Notes: generated by a model from the sequence alone, not told the origin. Counted from the stretch's first letter, positions 1 through 9,946 are shown. The stretch: DNA of 64,000 nucleotides from Acidobacteriota bacterium (GCA_039933785.1 JBDTNL010000009.1:8964-72963); one strand, 5' to 3'. Program-made: numbers and translations.

Positions 1-600
1 GACCGCCACGTTGAACCCCGGCTCCAGAGAGGCCGCGACGAGCCCGGCAATCAAGGCCCGGACTCCGAATCGCCGGGCGAGCAGGCTCGTCGCAATCGCG
101 CCGGCGGCGGGCAGTGCGAAGAGGGCCACCAGCGTCCGCGCATCCATCGGGGACAAGATCAGCGGTGAACGAAGCAGAAATTGAGCGCCGAGAAAGAACG
201 GCACCGTGGTTTCAGGGCCGAGCTCCTTGGCGTCGCCGCCAATGCCTCGCCAGCGCAAGAACGCGGCCAAGGCCAACGTCGCGACCAAGAGCCCGGTGAC
301 CACCGCGGCGCGCGCGGGTCCGGGCGGCAGGATCCAGGCCGCGGTCACGATCAATGCCGCGGCACCGGCGATCGCCCGAGGCTCCGGCGCCAGAGCGGCG
401 GCCGCGCCGAGAGCACCGGCGGCCACGCGGGCGAGGAACAGGCCCTCGGCGCGGCCATCTCCCGGCGGGCCGAACGCGGCATGGGATGCCATTGCCGCCG
501 AGGCGGTCAGAGGCAGCAGAATTCGCGCCGCCGTCTCGAGCGCCGCGGAGCCGCTGCGGTCGAATGGCGCAAGGGAAGAACGCATGGTTGCAGGCCGCAT
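1..600 (-). CDS. Hypothetical multi-pass membrane protein, 3' end truncated by the window edge (start 600 or 585)
   Basis: Read manually: open frame from ATG 600 ([13 protein letters not shown]...) to position 1 with no stop; Ala/Leu-rich hydrophobic segments; divergent from serS. Absent from the ORF track because it runs off the edge. Confidence 0.65.
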   Translation of the reverse strand, partial: MRPATMRSSLAPFDRSGSAALETAARILLPLTASAAMASHAAFGPPGDGRAEGLFLARVAAGALGAAAALAPEPRAIAGAAALIVTAAWILPPGPARAAVVTGLLVATLALAAFLRWRGIGGDAKELGPETTVPFFLGAQFLLRSPLILSPMDARTLVALFALPAAGAIATSLLARRFGVRALIAGLVAASLEPGFNVAV

Positions 601-659
601 CTTATCGTCTGGCTTTGTTTACGGACCTCGCGGATACGGCGCTGATAAACTGCCGCATC

Positions 660-1943
660 ATGTTGTCGCGGGATCTTCTTCGAGAGCACCCCGAGCGCGT
701 TCAGAGCGCTTTCGAGCACCGCGGCGGCGGCCTCGATCTGCTCGTCGACTGGCAGCGCCTGGATGGCGAACGCCGCCGCCTGCTAGTCGAGGTCGAGGAC
801 CTCAAGCGCCGGCGCAACGAAGCCAGCAAGGCTATCGGGGCGTTGAAGTCGAAGGGTGTCGACGCCGCTGCCGAAATGGAGGCCGTCGGACGCCTCAAGG
901 CCGGCATCGAAGATGACGAGGCTGCCGTGGCGGCGGTCGAGCGCGATCTCGCCGTGGTCGAGCTTCGGCTGCCCAACCTGCCGCACGAGAGCGTGCCGGT
1001 CGGGCGCGACGCCGAAGCGAATCGCGTCGAGAGAACCGTCGGCGACCCGCCGAAGTTCGCCTTCGAGCCCAAGGCCCATTGGGACCTCGGCCCGGCGCTC
1101 GGCATCCTCGATTTCGAGCGCGGCGCCAAGCTCGCCGGGGCGCGTTTCACTGCGTCCTTCGGTGCTGGAGCGCAGCTCGAGCGCGCACTCATCTCGTTCA
1201 TGCTTGACCTGCACACGCGCCAGCACGGCTACACCGAGGTGCTGCCGCCGTTCTTGGTCAACTCCGCCGCGCTGACCGGCACCGGACAGCTCCCCAAGTT
1301 CGCCGAGGACCTGTTCCGCATTGCCGACCGCGACTTGTGGCTCATCCCGACGGCCGAGGTGCCGCTCACCAACCTGCATGCCGGCGAGTTGCTCGAGGAG
1401 AGCGCGCTGCCGGTGCGCTACACCGCGCACACGCCGTGTTTCCGCGCCGAGGCCGGCAGCTACGGCAAGGACGTACGCGGTCTCATCCGCCAGCATCAGT
1501 TCAACAAGGTCGAGCTCGTGCAGCTGACGTCTCAAGAGACCAGCTATCAAGCGCTGGAAGAGCTCACCGGCCACGCCGAGAAGATCCTCCAGGCCCTGGC
1601 GCTGCCTTACCGCGTGCTCTGCCTCTCGACCGGGGACATGGGTTTCTCCGCCGCCAAGACCTACGACCTCGAGGTCTGGCTGCCGGGCCAGAACGCGTAC
1701 CGCGAAATCTCGAGCTGCAGCAATTGTGAGGACTTCCAGGCCCGCCGCGCCGACTTGCGCTATCGCCCGTCCGGCGGCGGCAAGCCCAAGCTCGTGCACA
1801 CGCTGAACGGTTCAGGGCTCGCGGTCGGTCGGACGCTGATCGCGATTCTCGAGAACTACCAGCAGGCCGACGGCACGGTCGTGGTCCCCGAAGCGCTGCG
1901 CCCTTACATGGGTGGGTTGGAACGAATCAGTACTCGTACCTGA
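660..1943 (+). CDS. serS: Serine--tRNA ligase
   Basis: N-terminal coiled coil, [60 protein letters not shown]; start ATG 660 (MLSRDLLRE). Confidence 0.98.
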   Translation: MLSRDLLREHPERVQSAFEHRGGGLDLLVDWQRLDGERRRLLVEVEDLKRRRNEASKAIGALKSKGVDAAAEMEAVGRLKAGIEDDEAAVAAVERDLAVVELRLPNLPHESVPVGRDAEANRVERTVGDPPKFAFEPKAHWDLGPALGILDFERGAKLAGARFTASFGAGAQLERALISFMLDLHTRQHGYTEVLPPFLVNSAALTGTGQLPKFAEDLFRIADRDLWLIPTAEVPLTNLHAGELLEESALPVRYTAHTPCFRAEAGSYGKDVRGLIRQHQFNKVELVQLTSQETSYQALEELTGHAEKILQALALPYRVLCLSTGDMGFSAAKTYDLEVWLPGQNAYREISSCSNCEDFQARRADLRYRPSGGGKPKLVHTLNGSGLAVGRTLIAILENYQQADGTVVVPEALRPYMGGLERISTRT

Positions 1944-1982
1944 GAACTCCGCGGCGCCAGTCGCACTCCTGGGAGGAACCAA

Positions 1983-4900
1983 GTGCACGAAGGTAGTGTT
2001 CTCGATCGGTCGAGGGTTCGTCGACGCGTCGCGGTTGCAAGTGCATGCACGCTTCTCTTTGGGCTGGCGCTGCCCGCCAAGTCCGACTCGCTGCCAGAGC
2101 TCCTGGCTGACCTAAACGCCACCGTGGATAGCGCGCCCGAAGGCGGGGCGCCGCGCGCGGATTTCGCCCCTGTCGGAAAGCGCCTGGTGTTCGGAGCGTC
2201 TGCCTTGGGGTTATTTGTTCGGCCGTGGGTGACCGATGGTACGGCGCAGGGCACTCGTCCCTTGGTTGACGTCGAGGGAGATTGCTGCAATGTGCTGGGC
2301 AGCGCGAAAGGCGTGGCGTTCTTTCTGGGAGGCAGCGACAGCGATACCTACTTTCTGGCCAGGCTCTGGCGCTCCGACGGGACACGCGAGGGAACATTTC
2401 GCGTGGGCGCGGGAATGGACTACTTCGGCGACGCCCCCGGACAGTATGCGCTGACGCCCAAGGGGATCGTTTTCAGTGGATGCATTGCGAATCGCTGTGG
2501 GGTCATTCTTAGCGACGGTACGCTGGCCGGAACTCGTCAACTCACACCCGACTACCCGGCGGAGGGATTTGCCCTTTCCGGTCAACGCCTTTTCTACGTG
2601 ACATCGCAGCTCGAAGTCATCGCCTACGACCTTGGCACTGGGAAGTCCGAGACGCTGCCGGTGCAGATTGCACCAAACATGCACCCCTTGGTGGTTGGCG
2701 GGCGAGTCTTCTTGCTCGCGGCGCCCCAGGGGCAGGCTGTTTGGTCGAGCGACGGAACGGCTGCTGGTACTCACCGGATTGCGGCGGCCCTTGGAATTCT
2801 CGACTACTGGACCGGGATAGTGGCCTACGGCAACGGCGTGGCCTTCGTGGGGTCCAATCGCCCGCAAACGAATCAGCTTTGGTTCAGCGACGGCACCGAG
2901 ACTGGGTCGTTCCCTTTGGGTATTCCCTGGTCGTGGGAATCGCAGCCACCCTTGAAGCCGGCAGCCCTAGGAGACCGAGTGGTGCTCGCCGCGAGCGCAG
3001 ATTCAGGACCAGTTCGTCTGTGGGTTGGGCAGGGCAAGAAGGCGCCATCGCCGATCACCGCGGGATGTCCTGGAGGTTGTGGCACGCCGGTCGATCAGAC
3101 TTTTGTACGGGTGGGGAACAGGCTCGTTTTCGTGGCCAACGACGGCCTCTCCGGAAGTGAGATCTGGTCCACGGACGGCACTCCCGCCGGGACCCGTCGC
3201 CTCGCCGACATCTGCCACGGTGCCTGCAGCTCTGGGATCACGAACCTCCGCGGAGCCTTGGGTCTTGCTCTCTTCGTTGCCCGGTCGTCGAATCAGCAGG
3301 GCGATGAATTGTGGGCCAGCGACGGCACGCCCGCAGGCACGCGAAGGATCAGCCAATTCGCCGCAGGGACCCCATTCGAGATCGATGTCAACGGCGACGT
3401 GAACCTCGCGGGCGAAATCTCGAACGGAGCGTTCACGTTCCTTGCCCAGGACCTACAGAAGCGCGTGCAGGTGTGGTCGACGACCGGAACTCTTGCCTCG
3501 ACTCGGCAAGTGGCGCTGCTCGATTCCAACGGCGGCAGTTCGGCCCCAAGCGACATGAGCGCCTTGGCGACCGGGGTCGTATTCTCGGCTTGCGGTGGAG
3601 ATCGGGTTCGCATCTTTCGCAGCGATGGCGCGACGGCGGGCACCTCGGTCCTGGCTGACCCCGATCCGCCACTCCCTTGCGGGGCGGTGCCGAACCCTCC
3701 CGGGCTGAGCACCGCGGCATCGGGAGCCCAAGTATTCTTCCTCCGGGCCGAGACTTCGAGCACCGCTCTCTGGCGGGTTGGCGCGGATGGTAGTGGCCTG
3801 ACGAAACTCGCGACCTTTGACGGCTCCCAGGCCGGGCCGCTGGTCCCCTATTCGGGAGGTGTCGCGTTACTAACCCGTCTTCCCGCGCCGGATGAGCTGT
3901 GGACTAGCGACGGGACGCTGGCCGGCACCCACGGCGTCATTCTGCCGAGCAATCAGAATTATTTTTCCGGGCTCCACACGGCGCTCGGAAGATTCTTCTT
4001 CAGCAGTCAACCGAGCGGGCCTGGTGAGCTGAGGCTGTGGGTCAGCGACGGCACGCAAGATGGCACAGTGGAAATCGGCAGCGTCGGACTTAATTCGGAG
4101 CTCGTATCGCTCGGCGGTAAGGCGTATTTTCTGAGCGGCACCGGGCTCTGGTCTACCGATGGCACGGCCTCGGGAACGGGGCCCGTGGGCGAGGATGCCA
4201 ACGAGTTTTCCAACGAATCCGGATTGGTTGCGATGGGCGGCAGCTTGTATTTCCTGACGGTGGATTGGAACAGCGCGGGCCGCATCTCCCGCTCCGACGG
4301 CACGGCGCTCGGCACGACGCCGATCGCGGACCTGCCCCGATACTTCGATCCGACCCAGCAAACGCCGGTCTACAAACTCATTGCGACGACATCCAGACTG
4401 TTCTTTGTGTGGATTGATTCGCAGCACGGCAAGGAGCTCTGGACCAGCGACGGTACCGCTGCCGGATCACGTCTCGTGGTTGATCTCGACGCCGGACCCG
4501 ACTCATCCTCGCCTACGGAGCTCACACCCGCCGATGACCAGCTGTACTTCACGGCGACGGATGGCTTGCACGGGGCCGAGCTTTTCCGCACGGACGGGAC
4601 GGCTCAAGGCACGCAACTCGTGCGTGACATCGCGCCGGGCTTGATTGACGCGAGCCCCGAACAACTCACCGTGTCCGGCGACAAGCTGTTTTTCAGCGCC
4701 GACGATGCGCTGCATGGGCGTGAACCCTGGGCGCTCTCGTTTTCGCAGCCTCGGATCTGCGCGGCAAGCGATACCCGACTTTGCCTATTTGGTGGTCGCT
4801 ACGCGGTCGAGGCCAGTTGGCGGGACTTCACCGGTGGTTCCGGTGTGGGGCACACGCACTCGTTCACCAGCGACACCGGGGCCTTCTGGTTCTTCGACCC

Positions 4901-5510
4901 CAACAACATCGAAGTCGTCCTCAAGGTCCTGGACGGGACCGCGCTCAATAGCCATCGGTGGGTGTTCTATGGCGCCCTGTCGAACGTCGAATACGCGCTG
5001 ACCATTACCGATGTCCTGACGGGCGATGCGGTTCGGTACGTCAATCCTCCGGGCAATTTGGCGAGCGTGGGCGACACGGTGGCTTTCGGTTCGGGTGGCG
5101 CGAGGGCGGGTGTGCATCGCGCCGAGCCGGCGTTCACGCCGGCAGGGATTCGGGGGGCAGTTTCGTCACCCTCCTCCTGCGTTCCGGGAGGCACTCGCCT
5201 ATGCCTGCAAGGCGGGCGCTTCGCGGTCGACGCTTCATGGAAGGACTTCGCTGGCCACACCGGCAGCGGTCAAACGGTGCCGGTGACGGCGGATACGGGT
5301 GCGTTCTGGTTCTTCGCGTCGAGCAATCTCGAGCTCATCGTGAAGGTGCTCGATGGAACGACGCTGAACGGCAAGTACTGGGTCTTCTTTGGTGCGTTGT
5401 CGAACGTCGACTATACGGTCACCGTGACCGACACTGCCACCGGCGCGCAGCGCATCTACCACAACCCTGCGGGGCGCCAGGCCAGCGTGGCCGACACGGC
5501 GGCGTTCTAG
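1983..5510 (+). CDS. Secreted ELWxxDGT-repeat (beta-propeller) protein with two C-terminal ~110-aa cysteine-containing repeats
   Basis: Signal peptide, many (E)LWxSDGTxxGT repeats, GGAGG RBS before GTG 1983; C-terminal duplication CL.GGR.AV.ASW.DF...FWFF...N.E...KVLDG...WVF.GALSNV.Y...DT.AF. Confidence 0.85.
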   Translation: MHEGSVLDRSRVRRRVAVASACTLLFGLALPAKSDSLPELLADLNATVDSAPEGGAPRADFAPVGKRLVFGASALGLFVRPWVTDGTAQGTRPLVDVEGDCCNVLGSAKGVAFFLGGSDSDTYFLARLWRSDGTREGTFRVGAGMDYFGDAPGQYALTPKGIVFSGCIANRCGVILSDGTLAGTRQLTPDYPAEGFALSGQRLFYVTSQLEVIAYDLGTGKSETLPVQIAPNMHPLVVGGRVFLLAAPQGQAVWSSDGTAAGTHRIAAALGILDYWTGIVAYGNGVAFVGSNRPQTNQLWFSDGTETGSFPLGIPWSWESQPPLKPAALGDRVVLAASADSGPVRLWVGQGKKAPSPITAGCPGGCGTPVDQTFVRVGNRLVFVANDGLSGSEIWSTDGTPAGTRRLADICHGACSSGITNLRGALGLALFVARSSNQQGDELWASDGTPAGTRRISQFAAGTPFEIDVNGDVNLAGEISNGAFTFLAQDLQKRVQVWSTTGTLASTRQVALLDSNGGSSAPSDMSALATGVVFSACGGDRVRIFRSDGATAGTSVLADPDPPLPCGAVPNPPGLSTAASGAQVFFLRAETSSTALWRVGADGSGLTKLATFDGSQAGPLVPYSGGVALLTRLPAPDELWTSDGTLAGTHGVILPSNQNYFSGLHTALGRFFFSSQPSGPGELRLWVSDGTQDGTVEIGSVGLNSELVSLGGKAYFLSGTGLWSTDGTASGTGPVGEDANEFSNESGLVAMGGSLYFLTVDWNSAGRISRSDGTALGTTPIADLPRYFDPTQQTPVYKLIATTSRLFFVWIDSQHGKELWTSDGTAAGSRLVVDLDAGPDSSSPTELTPADDQLYFTATDGLHGAELFRTDGTAQGTQLVRDIAPGLIDASPEQLTVSGDKLFFSADDALHGREPWALSFSQPRICAASDTRLCLFGGRYAVEASWRDFTGGSGVGHTHSFTSDTGAFWFFDPNNIEVVLKVLDGTALNSHRWVFYGALSNVEYALTITDVLTGDAVRYVNPPGNLASVGDTVAFGSGGARAGVHRAEPAFTPAGIRGAVSSPSSCVPGGTRLCLQGGRFAVDASWKDFAGHTGSGQTVPVTADTGAFWFFASSNLELIVKVLDGTTLNGKYWVFFGALSNVDYTVTVTDTATGAQRIYHNPAGRQASVADTAAF
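4758..5507 (+). repeat. Tandem protein-domain duplication (4758-5087 and 5178-5507, 110 aa each)
   Basis: Two colinear copies visible in the translation, each starting with Cys and ending DTxAF. Confidence 0.85.
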
Positions 5511-5575
5511 GCCGCGTCGTCGGACCTGCTACAGTCTCCGCCCAGGAATTCCAACCCCCCAAGGGAGGTCGCACC

Positions 5576-6544
5576 ATGCGTCAAACCACTGCGTTCTTGT
5601 TGGGCACGATGCTGGTCGCCACGGCAGCCGTCGCCCAAGTGCCTCATCCACGTTACTCGGCCCTCGCTCCCGCCGATGCCCGGCTCGAGGACGACGAGGC
5701 TCGGGTCGCCGAAGCCGCGCCGGACATCGCCTTCTACGGTGAAAACGGCTCGATCGAGCTCGGCCACCGCTGCGGCACCGACGCGCTGTCGGCGGAGCAG
5801 ATGGCTGACGTCGATCGTCAGATCGCGCCGATCCTGGCCGCCCAGCGGGCGATCGATCCCGCGGCCGCGCCGGTGAATACCATCGAGATCGCGCTCTGGA
5901 ACGTGTTCCTGGGCTCCAAGGGGAAGCTCACCTCTCCGCAGCTGGTGAAGGCGCTTCAGGTGCTCAACAGCTCCTACGCCGGCGCCGGCATCGTCTTCAA
6001 GTACAAGGGCAACCGGTACACGCTGATCGACGCGGCCCAGCTTCCCGCGGCGTACAACCTGGTGAAGGGCAGTGCGGCGGAGAAGTCGTTGAAGATTCAG
6101 TTCCGCGCCGATCCCAAGAAGTATCTCAACATTTACACCGCGAACCTTAAGGGCAATCTCCTGGGATGGGCGACGTTCCCGCAAGACGTGAGGACCAAGG
6201 CGAGCTATGACGGCGTCGTCTTGCTCTTCAGCTCATTTCCCCAGGGTTCTGCCGTCCCCTACAACCTGGGCGACACGGCCGTGCACGAGGTCGGACACTG
6301 GCTCGGCCTGTACCACACGTTCCAGGGTGGCTGCGCCAACCCTGGAGACCAGGTGGGCGACACCCCGGCGGAGCAGTCCCCGGCTTTCGGGTGCCCGGTC
6401 GGCCGCAACACATGCCCCGCTGCGGGTCTCGATCCGATCAAGAACTTCATGGACTACACCGATGACCCCTGCATGAATACGTTCACGGCCGGACAGCGCG
6501 CCCGCATGAAGGCGCAGGTCATCGCGTTCCGCCCCGGGATCTGA
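5576..6544 (+). CDS. Secreted zinc metalloprotease, M43 (ulilysin/pappalysin-like)
   Basis: Signal peptide, RCGT cysteine-switch propeptide, HEVGHWLGLYH zinc motif, NFMDY Met-turn; GGAGG RBS before ATG 5576. Confidence 0.9.
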   Translation: MRQTTAFLLGTMLVATAAVAQVPHPRYSALAPADARLEDDEARVAEAAPDIAFYGENGSIELGHRCGTDALSAEQMADVDRQIAPILAAQRAIDPAAAPVNTIEIALWNVFLGSKGKLTSPQLVKALQVLNSSYAGAGIVFKYKGNRYTLIDAAQLPAAYNLVKGSAAEKSLKIQFRADPKKYLNIYTANLKGNLLGWATFPQDVRTKASYDGVVLLFSSFPQGSAVPYNLGDTAVHEVGHWLGLYHTFQGGCANPGDQVGDTPAEQSPAFGCPVGRNTCPAAGLDPIKNFMDYTDDPCMNTFTAGQRARMKAQVIAFRPGI

Positions 6545-6558
6545 TTTCTCGACCGCAA

Positions 6559-6613
6559 GGCGGTGAATCGCCCGGCGCCCAGAGCGCCCGCTCGATTCAC
6601 CGCCGCGGTTTTC
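6559..6613 (+). terminator. Stem-loop after the M43 gene (possible terminator)
   Basis: Inverted repeat GGCGGTGAATCG...CGATTCACCGCC followed by GCGGTTTTC; the loop is long. Confidence 0.4.
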
Positions 6614-6680
6614 ACTTCGGCGAGGAGCGAGCGCCCGCTCGGATCCCAGGTTTCTTCTCCAACACAGATGAGCACTCGCA

Positions 6681-6770
6681 GGAGGGGTGGCCGAGCGGTT
6701 TAAGGCAGCGGTCTTGAAAACCGCCGAACCTGAAAGGGTTCCGTGGGTTCGAATCCCACCCCCTCCGCCA
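6681..6770 (+). tRNA. tRNA-Ser(TGA)
   Basis: GGAGGGG/CCCCTCC acceptor stem, anticodon arm GCGGT-CTTGAAA-ACCGC, long variable arm, GGTTCGAATCC T-arm, encoded CCA. Confidence 0.97.
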
Positions 6771-6847
6771 GTCACCGGGGGACCTCAGCTAAGGAGTACC
6801 TCATCGAGGTCTGGAGTCCGGTTCCGTGGGACGATTTCGATCCGGTC

Positions 6848-7957
6848 ATGGACTCTTCGCCCTACGATCACATCGCCGCAGTCGTTAGGGCCATTCCCCT
6901 CGGTCGCGTTGCAACCTACGGGCAGGTCGCCGCCCTCGCCGGATTGCCCGGCCGTGCCCGCCAGGTGGGCTACGCCATGCGCTCGTTGCCCGACGGTAGC
7001 GACGTGCCGTGGCAGCGCGTGGTAAACGCCTCGGGCGAGGTGAGTCGCCGGGCTGGCGAGGACGTGCTCGGCCCGAGCCAGGGGTTTCAGCGGCATCTCC
7101 TCCAGGAGGAAGGCGTGGTGTTCTCTCTGGCCGGACGCATCGATCTCGAACGCCACGGTTGGGATCCCTCGGTGAAGATCGGGCGCTCGCGCCGTTCCCG
7201 GAAAACAGTCCGTCTCCGGAAGCTGTCGGTCATCAGTGAGCTCGCGGTGCTCGATGCGCGGCTGCGCTCGCTGGGTTCGCCGGAGCGTGCCGACAGCGAG
7301 AAGCGTTACCTCAAGAGCGCCTTGGTGTTTCGGGGAGTCGACGTGCCGACCGTGCGGCGCGAGGCACGAACCTGGGTGAAGGCTCATCCCGAGGCGACGC
7401 GTATGGAGCTGATGGGACTGGCCCGGGCCATGTGGCGCAAGGATGTCCATGAGCTGCGCAGCCTGGCGCTCGAGATCTTGCGGTTGCGCCGCGAGGTACT
7501 GGAAAGCGCCGACGCGAAGACAATCGAGTGGATGCTGCGCCGGGCCAAGACGTGGGCGCACGTCGACTTCATTGCTCCGCACCTGTTGGCCGAGCTCGTG
7601 GAACGCGATGCCAAGCTCCTGAGGGTTCTCGACCGGTTCGCGTGCGACGGCGATTTCTGGATTCAGCGCTCGGCTCTTCTCGCGCTGTTGCCGTCGCTCG
7701 CCCGGGAGGATCGCCACTGGCCGCGCTTCGAGCGCTACGCCGACCGCCTGCTCGAGGCGCGCGAGTTCTTCCTGCGCAAGGCGATCGGTTGGGTGCTGCG
7801 TGAAGTTGCGAAGCGCGACCCGCGGCGAGTCGAGCGCTACGTCGAGGCGCGCCTCGACCGCATGTCGGGAGTCACGCTGCGGGAGGCTCTGCGGCGCCTG
7901 CCCGAGCGCTCGCGGAAGCGACTGATGTCGCGCAGACAGACAAAAAAGCCGCGGTGA
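6848..7957 (+). CDS. Fusion of an alkyltransferase-like (ATL/MGMT-family DNA-binding) domain and an AlkD-like DNA alkylation repair domain
   Basis: IPLGRVATYGQVA...ARQVG...VPWQRVVNASG (Trp at the position of the MGMT catalytic Cys), then YLKS..FRGV..P..R, TWAHVD, DFWIQRS, EFFLRKAIGWVLRE, LREA with no intervening stop. Confidence 0.85.
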   Translation: MDSSPYDHIAAVVRAIPLGRVATYGQVAALAGLPGRARQVGYAMRSLPDGSDVPWQRVVNASGEVSRRAGEDVLGPSQGFQRHLLQEEGVVFSLAGRIDLERHGWDPSVKIGRSRRSRKTVRLRKLSVISELAVLDARLRSLGSPERADSEKRYLKSALVFRGVDVPTVRREARTWVKAHPEATRMELMGLARAMWRKDVHELRSLALEILRLRREVLESADAKTIEWMLRRAKTWAHVDFIAPHLLAELVERDAKLLRVLDRFACDGDFWIQRSALLALLPSLAREDRHWPRFERYADRLLEAREFFLRKAIGWVLREVAKRDPRRVERYVEARLDRMSGVTLREALRRLPERSRKRLMSRRQTKKPR

Positions 7958-7978
7958 CTCCTGGCGAATCACCGCGGC
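7942..7978 (-). terminator. Rho-independent terminator of the ECF sigma operon
   Basis: Minus strand GCCGCGGTGA...TCACCGCGGC followed by TTTTTT. Confidence 0.7.
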
Positions 7979-8029
7979 GGCAGAGTCGGCACGGGTCCAC
8001 TCGGACGACGCGCCGGGTAAAAATGGCGG

Positions 8030-8788
8030 TTACCGGTTGCGATTCTCGATTTTCTTCTGCAGCTCGGCCAGCCGCTTCTCGAGGTCGGCGAGCCGCTTCT
8101 CGAGCTCGGCCTCTCGGGCGCTGCGCAACACCATCACGCGATCGCGCATCGCAGGATCGCTGCCCATGGCGGCGACACGCTGGCGCACCGTCTGCATGGC
8201 CTCGTCCATCGCTGCGGCCTCCTGGGGCGAGAGCGCGTGCGACATCTTGCGCGGCAGGCTGCCGAACTCGAACACCTGACGGTTCTTCTCGATCACCGTG
8301 GCGGTCAGTTTCTCGAGCTTGCCGTCGCGGTAGAGCTCGAGGTCGAGTAGATCGCCGTCCTTCTTCTGGCGGACGGACGTCGAGACGTCCCAGGTGCTGC
8401 CGACCTCGTCGCCGCCGATACTGGTGAGGATGTCGCCGGCCTTTACTCCGGCCTTGGCCGCGGGACTGTCAGGCTCGACTCGCGACACCATGACGCCGGC
8501 GGTTCCGGCCACTCCGAAGTGCTCGCGCAGCTCCGGCGTGAGATCCATGAGGTTCACTCCGAGAAAGCCCTTGCCGAGCTGCTGCTCGTCGATCTTCATC
8601 CGTTCGGGCAGGCCATCGCCGGACCAGAAGGCGCCGTTGCCGTCGGCGCCGACCACGACCACGCGCGGCTTGCTGATGATCTTCTCCTTCACGACATCGA
8701 TCTTTGGTTCGCCATCCGCCCAAGCGGCGACTGGGAGAGCCAGCAGACAGAGCACGGAGAGAGCAGTACGTCGATTGAGATTGAGCAT
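8030..8788 (-). CDS. Exported PDZ-domain protein with C-terminal coiled coil
   Basis: Signal peptide (AAWA), GFLGV...GVMVSRVEPDSPAAKAGVKAGDIL PDZ signature, no protease domain; AGGAG RBS. Confidence 0.8.
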   Translation of the reverse strand: MLNLNRRTALSVLCLLALPVAAWADGEPKIDVVKEKIISKPRVVVVGADGNGAFWSGDGLPERMKIDEQQLGKGFLGVNLMDLTPELREHFGVAGTAGVMVSRVEPDSPAAKAGVKAGDILTSIGGDEVGSTWDVSTSVRQKKDGDLLDLELYRDGKLEKLTATVIEKNRQVFEFGSLPRKMSHALSPQEAAAMDEAMQTVRQRVAAMGSDPAMRDRVMVLRSAREAELEKRLADLEKRLAELQKKIENRNR

Positions 8789-8808
8789 GAACGTTCTCCT
8801 TCGAGACT

Positions 8809-9249
8809 TCAATTGCGAACGGTGCTCGCGGGGACCGCGGCGCCGGGCTTGAGGTTGGATGGATGGGTCGTGACGCTTGGATCGAGTCGCAAGACGACGT
8901 CGACGTCGTCGTCGCCGCCGAGATAGACCATGGCGGGTTGTTCGGTCGAGAGCCGCTTGATCTCGGCCAGCTCGCGTTCGAGCTCTTCGTGCTCGAAGCG
9001 CAGGGCGCTCACTTGCCCGCGAATCTCCTGGCGTTGGTGGGTGCGTTCGAGGATGCCGGCGCTCAAGACGGTGAGCAGTACGACGCTCGCCGCCAGCAAC
9101 ACCGTCGCGCGCGACCAACCGGGGACTGGAGCCGCGCTCGCCGACCAGGCCTCGGCCAGCACCGCGGCCGTGAAGCCGGCGCGGGCTTGCTCGCGCGGCA
9201 GAGACTCGAGCGCGGCGAGGACTTCGCAGTCCTCGGTCTCGGGCTTCAT
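8809..9249 (-). CDS. Putative single-pass membrane anti-sigma factor
   Basis: Overlaps the ECF sigma stop (ATGA); short cytoplasmic N-terminus, one TM helix, coiled coil. Confidence 0.6.
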   Translation of the reverse strand: MKPETEDCEVLAALESLPREQARAGFTAAVLAEAWSASAAPVPGWSRATVLLAASVVLLTVLSAGILERTHQRQEIRGQVSALRFEHEELERELAEIKRLSTEQPAMVYLGGDDDVDVVLRLDPSVTTHPSNLKPGAAVPASTVRN

Positions 9250-9863
9250 GACGATTCTCCCTTCCAGTAGCTGCGCAGGCGCTCGCGCAGGCGCAGGTGG
9301 CCGCGATGGACACGGGACTTGACGGTGCCCTCGCTGCAACCGAGCGACCGGGCGATCTCCTGATACGTCCAGCCCTCGACCCCGTGCAGCACCACTGCGG
9401 CGCGAAACTGCAATGGCAGCTCGGAGAGGGCTCGCTGCACCTCTCGCTGGGCTTCCTGCTGCAGCAGGCGCGCCGGGGCGGAGGCATGGCTGTGAGGCTC
9501 GCTCATCGGATACGGGGCTCGTATGGACACCTGTGAGAAGAGCCGGAACCGCCGCTCGCGTCGTTCCTCGGTGCGAGCCAGATTGGTCGCGATCCGATAG
9601 AGGTAGGGCAGCAGCCGGCCCTCTTCGCGATAGCGCGAGGCCGTCTGGAACAGCCGTAGGAACGCCTCTTGCGCCATCTCCTCGCCCCGGTCGCGATGGC
9701 CAGTGATGCGAGCCAAGTAGTTGACCAGGCAGTCTTTGTGGCGATCCACCAGGCTGCCGAGGGCGGTCTGGTCGCCGCTCTTGAGGCGGGCCATCAACTG
9801 GCTGTCCGAAGCCTCGACGGCGGTTCCGGTCGCTGCGTCGGGGATCAGGCTGTCGGCCGTCAT
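9246..9863 (-). CDS. ECF RNA polymerase sigma-70 factor
   Basis: Region 2 (EEMAQEAFLR...YLYRIATNLAR) and region 4 (YQEIARSLGCSEGTVKSRVHRG). Confidence 0.92.
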   Translation of the reverse strand: MTADSLIPDAATGTAVEASDSQLMARLKSGDQTALGSLVDRHKDCLVNYLARITGHRDRGEEMAQEAFLRLFQTASRYREEGRLLPYLYRIATNLARTEERRERRFRLFSQVSIRAPYPMSEPHSHASAPARLLQQEAQREVQRALSELPLQFRAAVVLHGVEGWTYQEIARSLGCSEGTVKSRVHRGHLRLRERLRSYWKGESS

Positions 9864-9883
9864 CACTGCTTCCACGACCGTAC

Positions 9884-9909
9884 TAACGCGGGAGGGGATA
9901 AAAGGTTCC
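9884..9909 (-). promoter_or_regulatory. Putative autoregulatory ECF promoter
   Basis: Minus strand GGAAC-N16-CGTTA about 20 nt upstream of ATG 9863, matching the AAC/CGT ECF consensus. Confidence 0.6.
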
Positions 9910-9946
9910 CGCGTTCTTCTCACCCGGGCGCGGCGGCGCCCTGCCC

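Noticed and set aside
601-659. T-box or attenuator upstream of serS
   Set aside because: Only about 59 bp separate the divergent genes, too short for a T-box; the gene looks leaderless.
6681-6850. Genomic island integrated at tRNA-Ser
   Set aside because: No integrase, and I saw no duplicated tRNA 3' end in the window.
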